Of a DNA stretch of 64,000 bases, positions 31,187 to 64,000 are shown one piece after another. Origin of the DNA: the human T2T-CHM13v2.0 reference genome, Homo sapiens. A program made the position numbers and the translations under genes. The notes beneath the pieces were generated by a model. The model was not told the DNA's origin and did not search any database. It was given only the letters and a program-made list of their open reading frames with translations. Location of the stretch: the NCBI RefSeq assembly GCF_009914755.1, contig NC_060927.1. One strand, written 5' to 3'. Each line of letters opens with the position of its first letter. Positions within the stretch are counted from its first letter, which is position 1.

Positions 31187-33286
31187 GTTTGTTGTTGTTG
31201 TTGTTGTTGCCTCCCCAGGGGGATTCTCACTCTCCCCAAAGGCAAAGCCCATGTCAGAGGCAACTTTGGTCCTCGCCGCAGCCCCATGAGGCCAGCAGTG
31301 TTGTTATCTTCTGTTCAGGTGAGGACCTTGAAGCTCAGAGAGGTAGAGGGACTTACCCTCAGTCACACAGCACATCCCAGCCCTCTGGTCTGCAGGGGTC
31401 CAAAACCTGCTATGAATGAACCTTGGCCAGGGGAGCCCGCCCCATTCCCTCTCCAGGTGGCTCACCTGCATGGATGGAGCGGATGGCGTTCTTGTCTGCC
31501 TCCAGGAAGGACACCAGGGCCACCATAACACCCATAGTGCTGGAAAGTGCCTCCTCAGACCCATAGCGGGAGTACACGGGCTTCCCTGCCTCACTCAGCA
31601 CAAAGACATGCTTCTGGTGCAGGCGCCATGCCTCCGTGGCATCCTCCTCATCCCCCTCGGTTGTGCCCTCCCTGGGGGGCTCTGTGGCTGGTCGCCCAAC
31701 TGCCCCTGGGGGTTCCAGCCAATCCTCAGAGCTTCCTGGCAGCATCTCCTCCTGCAGGTCCCGGGCCACACCCGTCAGCTGGGTGCTTAGCTCGCTAAAG
31801 TCCTGGCTGATCTGGCGCATGTCTGTAGGCAGCGGCGGGGGACCCCTGGTACCCTCCTTGTGGCTGTCCCCAGAAGCTGCCCCATCCTCTGACTCAGTCA
31901 GGTCCTCGTAGGAACGGGCATGGACGAACATGGCACCCTCCTGGCCCGCACCTGCAGGCCAAAAGCACTGGTGCTTAGAGGGGTAGCTAGTGGCAGACAC
32001 TCCTACCAGCAAGGTGCCTAACGTGGTCACTCCAGCATGACTGCCTGTCTTGTTAGGATCAAGCCACTGTTCCCTTCTGCCACTGTCTGCCATGGATGAT
32101 GCTTCTCTGCAACTTACAGCCCACCAGTCTCCTCTCATCGTACTGGAAAGAAGACCCAAACCACTCATGGCAGCAGTGGTGGCTGGTATCTGCCTACCTC
32201 TCATTCCCATCTCCCACCCCACTCCCTTGCCCATCTTGGTCACACTGGCCTACATCCATCTGCTCTCAGATACTTTCAACACACCCCCACCTGCCTCAGG
32301 AGCTCCACACCTGCTGTCAGCTGTCTCCTACCTCCCCAAGTGGCCGGCTAATTGTCACACTTAAGCTCTCAGGGAAGATGTTAGTTACTGACCTCCAACC
32401 CCAGGCACTCTATATATCCCTTTTTGATTTCTCTTGTGGCACTTGCCAGTTATTGTCCTTCTCCCCAACTACAATGGTACCCAGTAAGGTGCCGGAACGC
32501 AGCACCTCACCCTGTGTCTGGAGCACTGCCCATACTCAATGAATCTCTCTCTCTGGGAGAAAGCTCCCCTACCCTACTCAGGCCATAGCTCCTGACTGAC
32601 CCCACTATAATGGCGCCGCAGCCTGTGACTGCCTCAGGGCAGGGACCAGGTCAGTCTTCCTTTATTGATTTTTTGACAAAATAGTTTAACAGATATATTT
32701 TGAGTCTCTCTTGCGAATTCAGCCCTGTACCAGGCACTGGGGATATAACTGCTCTGCGCTCAAAGTGTTCACAATCTTGTGGAAGAGAGAGATGGGCAAT
32801 ATATGCATAAAGAGATAAAATTATGAAATAATTAGTGTGCTATACAGAGCATGGTCAGAGCAGGCCTAACTCGTGAGGAGGGGAGAAGGAGCCGGGGAGG
32901 TGCGCTGTAGACACAGGGAACAGAAGAGCCCACAATGGCAGCCAGAAAGCTCAGGGCGAGCAGCATAACATGAAGTGGAGAGGAAAGCCAGATGCAGAAT
33001 GAGCCTGGCCTCCTGCCTTATCCCCAGAACCTGACAAATATCCAATGAGTGACTGACAAATGCATGAATAAGTGGAAAGGAAAAAGTGGTTGGGAATCCT
33101 AATTCCCCCTGGAGACTGCTCTGGTTGGCAGCTGGCTGAGGCTGTACACTTGCCCATACCTGGCTCCATTCCCTGGGCCATTCCTGGTGTGGGGCTCTCA
33201 GCTCTCTCCATACTCTGTCCATCAGAAGGAGTCAATGTGCCATCAAGGCATTCGCTGCTTCTCTTCCTCTGCATGTCAGTAGCCAT
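28911..33286 (-). CDS. MON1A: Vacuolar fusion protein MON1 homolog A (MON1-CCZ1 Rab7 GEF subunit), 555 aa, exons 2-6
   Basis: [16 protein letters not shown]...[18 protein letters not shown]...NYDLRRLL...[10 protein letters not shown]...LTPLTY*. Coding exons 127+486+766+148+141=1668 nt, all GT-AG. Confidence 0.97.
29150..29297 (-). CDS. MON1A: MON1A exon 5 (148 nt)
   Basis: tgcag|CCCTGAG...TGG|GTAAG; PEIEAPY...ENLLAW. Confidence 0.96.
30016..30781 (-). CDS. MON1A: MON1A exon 4 (766 nt)
   Basis: ctcag|ATGGC...ACCAG|GTGAG; ORF 30012..30761. Confidence 0.96.
31076..31209. repeat. Compound microsatellite (GATA)n + (GTT)n in MON1A intron 3
   Basis: ~110 bp interrupted AGAT repeat followed directly by ~7 GTT units. 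Confidence 0.97.
31466..31951 (-). CDS. MON1A: MON1A exon 3 (486 nt)
   Basis: tgcag|GTGCG...GCAG|GTGAG; first longin domain. Confidence 0.96.
33160..33286 (-). CDS. MON1A: MON1A exon 2 coding part (exon starts at 33299)
   Basis: ccacag|GAGAGCTCAAAGG ATG; donor CCAG|GTATG. Confidence 0.95.
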
Positions 33287-33476
33287 CCTTTGAGCTCTCC
33301 TGTGGGGCAAACAAATGCAACATCGATGGCTTTTGGCAGGGTCACAGGCATAATCAACAGTGGTAGTAAGTACAGGAAAGTGTCCTTTATCAGGACTCCA
33401 CTAACTCAAATCTCTAGAAAATGGATTCTGAGAATTCCTTTCAAAAAAATATATACTGTTCCTTTTCTGATTATAA

Positions 33477-41760
<8,284 letters not shown>

Positions 41761-41792
41761 AGTTTTCACCATCTCAGTAAAAGACAATTTCA

Positions 41793-42073
<281 letters not shown>

Positions 42074-42415
42074 TCAAAAAAAAAAAAGAAAGAAAGAAAG
42101 ACGGCCGGGAGCAGTGGCTCACGCCTATAATCCCAGCACTTTGGGAGGCCGAGGTGGGCAGATCACAAGGTCAGGAGATCGAAACCATCCTGGCTAACAC
42201 AGTGAAACCCCGTCTCTATTAAAAATAAAAAAATTAGCCAGGTGTGGTGGCATATGCCTGTAATCCCAGCTACCCCGGGAGGCTGAGGCAGGAGAATCGC
42301 TTGAACCTGGGAGGCAGAGTTGAGATCGCACCACCGCACTCCAGCTTGAACCCAGGAGGCGGAGGTTGAGATCGTGCCACCACACTCCACCCTGGGTGAC
42401 AGAGCGAGACTCTGT

Positions 42416-42634
42416 AAAGGGAGGAAGGAAGGAAGGAAGGAGGGAAGGAGGGAGGGAGAGAAGGAAGGAGGGAGGGAGGGAGGGAGGGAAAGAAGGAGGG
42501 AAGGAAGGAGGGAAGGAAGGAAAGAAGGAAGGAAGCAAGGAAGGGGAAGGAGGGAAAGGAAGGAAAGGAAGAAAGGAAGGAAAAGAAGAAAGGAAAGAAG
42601 CCAGGAAAGAAGGAAAGAACGAAAGAAAAAAAGA
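42416..42634. repeat. Polypurine (GGAA/GGGA/GAAA)n low-complexity tract
   Basis: Almost pure G/A on + strand. Confidence 0.95.
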
Positions 42635-42868
42635 CAATTTCTTTTTTTTTTTTTTGAGACAGTCTTGCTCTGTTGCCCAGGCTGGAGTGCAATGGCGCGA
42701 TCTCAGCTCACCGCAACAGTGCGATCTCAGCTCCACCTCCTGGGTTCAGGCAATTCTCGTGCCTCAGCCTCCTAAGTAGCTGGGACTACAGGCGTGTGCC
42801 ACCACACAGGCTAATTTTTGTATTTTTAGTAGAGACAGGGTTTCACCATGTTAGCCAGGCTGGTCTCA

Positions 42869-42958
<90 letters not shown>

Positions 42959-43264
42959 TCATCCTTTCAGTTGTTTGGTGAAAAACCGTGGAGTCAGCCG
43001 GGCACGGTTTCTCACACTTTGTAATCCCAGCACTTTGGGAGGCCGAGGCAGGCAGATCATGAGGTCAGGCGATCGAGACCATGCTGGCTAACACGGTGAA
43101 ACCCCATCTCTATGAAAAATACAAAAAATTAGCCGGGTGTGGTGGCGCATGCCTGTAATTCCAGCTACCCCGGGAGGCTGAGGCAGGAGAATCCCTTGAA
43201 CCCGGGAGGTGGAGGTTGAGATCGCGCCACCGCACTCCACCCTGGGTGACACAGCGAGACTCTG

Positions 43265-43394
43265 GGAGGGAAGGAAGGGAGGGAGGGAGGGAAGGGAGGA
43301 AGGAAGGAAGGGGAAGGAGGGGAAGGAGGGAAAGGAAGGAAAGGAAGAAAGGAAGGAAAGAAAGAAAGAAAGGAAGGGAAGAACGAAAGAAAGA
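43265..43394. repeat. Second polypurine (GGAA/GAAA)n tract
   Basis: Almost pure G/A on + strand. Confidence 0.95.
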
Positions 43395-43852
43395 CAAGCT
43401 CTTTTTTTTTTTTTTTTGAGACAGTCTTGCTCTGTTGCCTAGGCTGGAGTGCAACAGCGCAATCTCAGCTCCACCTCCCAGGTTCAAGCGATTCTCATGC
43501 CTCAGCCTCCCGAGTAGCTGGGACTACAGGCGTGTGCCACCACATTGGCTAATTTTTGTATTTTTAGTAGAGACAGGGTTTCACCATGTTGGCCAGGCTA
43601 GTCTCAAACCCCTGACCTTGTGATCTGCCCACCTTGGCCTCCCAAAGTGCTGGGATTACAGGTGTGAGCCACCTCACCTGGCCAAGAAAGACAATCTCAT
43701 TCTTTCAGTTGTTTGGTGAAAAACCTTGGAGTCGGCCGGGCACGGTTTCTCACACCTGTAATCCCAGCACTTTGGGAGGCCGACGCAGGCAGATCATGAG
43801 GTCAGGAGATCGAGACCTTGCTGGCTAACACGGTGAAACCCTGTCTCTACTA

Positions 43853-44053
<201 letters not shown>

Positions 44054-44199
44054 TTACGCCTCTCTTTTTTTCCCCACACCTCATATACCAAACCATCAGC
44101 AAATCCTGTTAGCTCTATTTCAGAATACAGGCACATCCAGCAAAATGTCTCTAGTTAACATTTTCACCATAGAATGCCTTTTTGTTTTTAATATCCAGC

Positions 44200-45021
<822 letters not shown>

Positions 45022-45036
45022 CCAAACTTATGTTGA

Positions 45037-50180
<5,144 letters not shown>

Positions 50181-50242
50181 ACTAATTGTTTCTAAAAACA
50201 TATTTGTAGCCACGTTTTAATGTATCAGTATAATGCTCTAGA

Positions 50243-50710
50243 ACGGTAGTTCTCAACTCTGACGGCACATAGAATAAGCCGGGAAGCTTTAAAAAAAAAA
50301 AAAAAGAACTAGGACGGGCGAGGCGGCTCACGCCTGTAATCCCAACACTTGGGAGACCGAGGTGGGCGGATCACTTGAGGTCAGGAGTTCCAGACCAGCC
50401 TGGCCAACATGGTGAAACCCCATCTCTACTAAAAATACAAAAACTAGCCAGGCTTGATGGCGTGTGCCTGTAGTCCCAGATACTCGGGAGGCTGAAGTGG
50501 GATTCCAGGAGGTCGAGGTTGCTGTGAGCCATGATCATGCCCTGCACTCCAGCCTGAGCACCAGAGCGAGACCCTGTCTCAAAAACAACAACAAAAAAAC
50601 TAATGCCTGGACACCAGCCCTAGAGATTTTGATTTAATTGAATTTAGAGTAGGGTGGAGTGTTGGGGAGCCAGGCATCACTATTGTTTTAAAAGCTCCCC
50701 AGGTGATTTA
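50243..50710. mobile_element. MER5-family hAT-Charlie DNA transposon fossil split by an Alu (50312-50598)
   Basis: GTAGTTCTCAAC...GGGAAGCTTTAAAA | ATGCCTGG...AGAGATTTTGATTTAATTG...AAAAGCTCCCCAGGTGATT. Confidence 0.7.
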
Positions 50711-51391
50711 CCATTGCAAAGAATCATTGTTTGTAATTTCCTAGACGCAAAGCAATAAAAACAACAGGAAAACAGTCAACAACAGGCTCTCCCAAAAGAC
50801 CCTTATTTTTAGAGATGGTTTTAAAAAGTAAAATTAGTGTTTGGCACCACTGCTCATGTTCTTTTCTGAAGCAATTAATTCACTTTACAGCCTTATGGTT
50901 AATTCTCCCAAAAGTTAATAGGATGAAAAAAAAAGTCAGATCACTCCTCTGACTTTCCCTGCTGCTCCACAAGCACCTGGGGGCAGTGTCCTTTTCCTCT
51001 CTAAGCCCTACACTGGAGTTAGGGTAGAGCTCCGCCCCTGGGCTTTTCTTCCAGTCTCAGATGGCTGCCACCTGTAGCCTGCTTCCACAACACTGGCCTG
51101 TGACTGACATGGTGACAAAGCTGTGGCCTTTCACTGAAGATGGCTTTGCATAAGGCTATCAAGTTCTTGCACATAGTCTAAGGGAAGCTTTCTCACCCCC
51201 ATGTCCCCCACTTTTAGGTAAGGACATAAGAAAATGCCCTATTCCTTAACTGAGAGTCTCTCCAGGTCTCCACAGATCACTCAGTATTTTATCTCCTCAT
51301 TAGCTCAGAAGTCCAAGTTCCCTCCCTTAGGGCAAGAATCATTTATACAGTTGTTTTCTCTAATTATTACACTATAAGAGTTTGAGCCATG

Positions 51392-58915
<7,524 letters not shown>

Positions 58916-59079
58916 TAAGGAGGCCTCGAGCTAGGCAGGCCAGGGCCGTACCCGAGCTGCTGGCAGGGAGCAAACCTCAGGAAAGTCAAGCCACCAAAAA
59001 ACTGTAAGCCTCAATCAACTGAGAGGAAAGCACAAGAGGACCAGGTGTCACAGGGCAGAGGCCAAACCACAACTCCCAG

Positions 59080-59920
59080 CAGGTCACGCGGAGTAGGGCG
59101 GGTAAGCGCGCCTTCTTATTGGATGGCGATGGACAGCGTGCTCTTACGACCCACCCCAGAAGGCAAGTCCCCTGCGCGCGGGGCACGGCGGGAGTAAGAG
59201 TCTGCGGGACCGGCAGCTGTACTTCATCTCCCAGCGGGCCGAGCGCTGAAGGCAGCGGCGCGGCGCCTTTGTGGTAGCAGTGGCCCCGCGCGGAGGAAGT
59301 TCCGGTGTCCGCGGCGCTGGGTCGGTGGCGGAGGCTGAGGAGAAGGAGGAGCGGGCCGTGGAGGCTTCGCCGCCTAGGTAAGGGCCCGGGACTGGAGGGG
59401 AGGCGTGCCAGAGCCTGCCAGGGAATAGCCAGCAGACAGGCCCGCTCTAGACATCGCAGGCCCGCGCAGCCTGAAAGCTGTGGCTTCAGTGTCGCGGGGC
59501 GGCTGCGGCCTCGCTCGGGAAGAAGACCAAGCAACGGTGAGATGAGGGAGGCGCCGCCCGTGGCAGGAACGCCCCGGAACCGTCGCGGGCCTGGGGCGGG
59601 GCCCGGCGCGGCAGTAGATTACCGGTCCCGCCGCGGAGCGGCCAGCTGTGAGGCTGGGGCCGGCGCGTGGTTGCGGCTCTGTGCTCCTACTCTTCGGAGC
59701 TGTAAGCGGGCTGTTCTTGCGGTTTTCCTGTTTCAGATCCAATTCTGTGGCATCACTAGGAAGGGAGCTCTTGTGCTTAGCACGTAGTCTCGTCCTCAGA
59801 CTTGGACAGACACAAGGGAGGCTCCGCTGGACCGGAGGGCACAAGAGCTCCGAGCCCGGTCGTCGGGGCGGTAGAACCTGGAAGCGGGAGAGTGGTCTGG
59901 TGGGTTCTGCGCCCGTTAGG
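59080..59920 (+). promoter_or_regulatory. RBM6: RBM6 CpG-island promoter
   Basis: CpG-dense; inverted CCAAT (ATTGG 59118-59122); paired ETS cores GGAAGTTCCGG (59295-59305). Identity from synteny MST1R-MON1A-RBM6. Confidence 0.8.
59290..59377 (+). other. RBM6: RBM6 non-coding exon 1 (5' boundary approximate); intron 1 runs off the window end
   Basis: Strong donor CTAG|GTAAGG after 59377, downstream of the ETS sites. Gene identity is from known gene order; no RBM6 coding sequence is in the window. Confidence 0.7.
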
Positions 59921-60516
59921 CAATGAAGGAGAAGGATGTTTTATCGTATTCACGCTTTAGATTCCATTAGCGGTGTAAATAGATGTTTTTCTCTTTATTT
60001 TAGAATTGACGTTAGGCGAATGGGTTCAACTTTGGGAATGCCTTTTTTTTTTTTTTTTTTTTTTTTGAAGGAAGGGCCCTGTTTCGTAGGGTACATAAAC
60101 CGTGAGCGTAATTGTATTTTTTGCATATTCCAGGTTTGCTTGTGAAGGTCAGAGTAGCCGGATTTAAGTGAAGGAGTTCAGTAGACATGCAGACATGGTC
60201 ACCTGGTTCATTTTCTGAACCCTGGATTGTGCCCTCGGCTTGCTAGTTTCCACCTTCCTATTGAGAAATGCCACCAGCGTGAATGATTTAAATATGTCAC
60301 CATTACTGAATTTGTGAGGTCTCTAACGAGAGGTGTCAAGAGCTGGTGCGTGATGGTAGGACTGGCAGTGAAGAAAGTAACTAAATAATATGTTACCATT
60401 TTGGTGAAACACAAAAGTTGAATTTGAACCTTGTCTCAGAAACTAGCATCTAACTAGATACCTAACCTGCAGGACAGGTCCCAGGTCTCTCTGGATAGTT
60501 GTAGCACCTTTCCTTA

Positions 60517-64000
<3,484 letters not shown>

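Noticed and set aside
42194-42779. 130-180 aa Pro/Ser/Phe- or Arg/Lys/Glu/Gly-rich ORFs on both strands
   Set aside because: Stop-free only because they cross the polypurine microsatellite
58986-59926. 150-180 aa ORFs on both strands in the RBM6 promoter
   Set aside because: Arg/Pro/Gly/Ala-rich CpG-island artefacts; RBM6 coding begins outside the window
60278-60312. ATGATT...CTGA resembling a C/D-box snoRNA in RBM6 intron 1
   Set aside because: Boxes too close together, imperfect C box, no terminal stem

Overview
Human genomic DNA, recognisable from its proteins as the chr3p21.31 MST1R-MON1A-RBM6 locus. The window holds three genes. MST1R (RON receptor tyrosine kinase) is complete on the minus strand: 20 coding exons, CDS 23505->7204, summing to 4203 nt/1400 aa, all GT-AG junctions checked by hand. 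MON1A is complete on the minus strand: exons 2-6 give 1668 nt/555 aa, and exon 1 ends at 49542. RBM6 contributes its CpG-island promoter, non-coding exon 1 and the start of intron 1 on the plus strand. The rest is very Alu-dense, with MIR, L2, L1M, MaLR/ERVL LTR and MER5 fossils and several microsatellites. RON carries R523, G1195 and G1335, which suggests a non-canonical haplotype. I found no new protein-coding gene and no wholly new biological system. The best leads are (1) a ~260-bp inversion-plus-deletion scar between MON1A and RBM6, (2) an Alu-Alu recombination tandem duplication with a chimeric Alu in MON1A intron 1, (3) an in-frame MON1A->MST1R read-through splice route, (4) the long-isoform MON1A ATG lying inside a ZNF143 promoter motif, (5) two near-perfect RFX X-boxes around the MST1R 3' end, (6) an L2-derived MST1R poly(A) signal next to a young AluYb8, and (7) a strong cryptic donor in MST1R intron 4. 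Repeat family calls come from remembered consensus sequences, so their boundaries are approximate.
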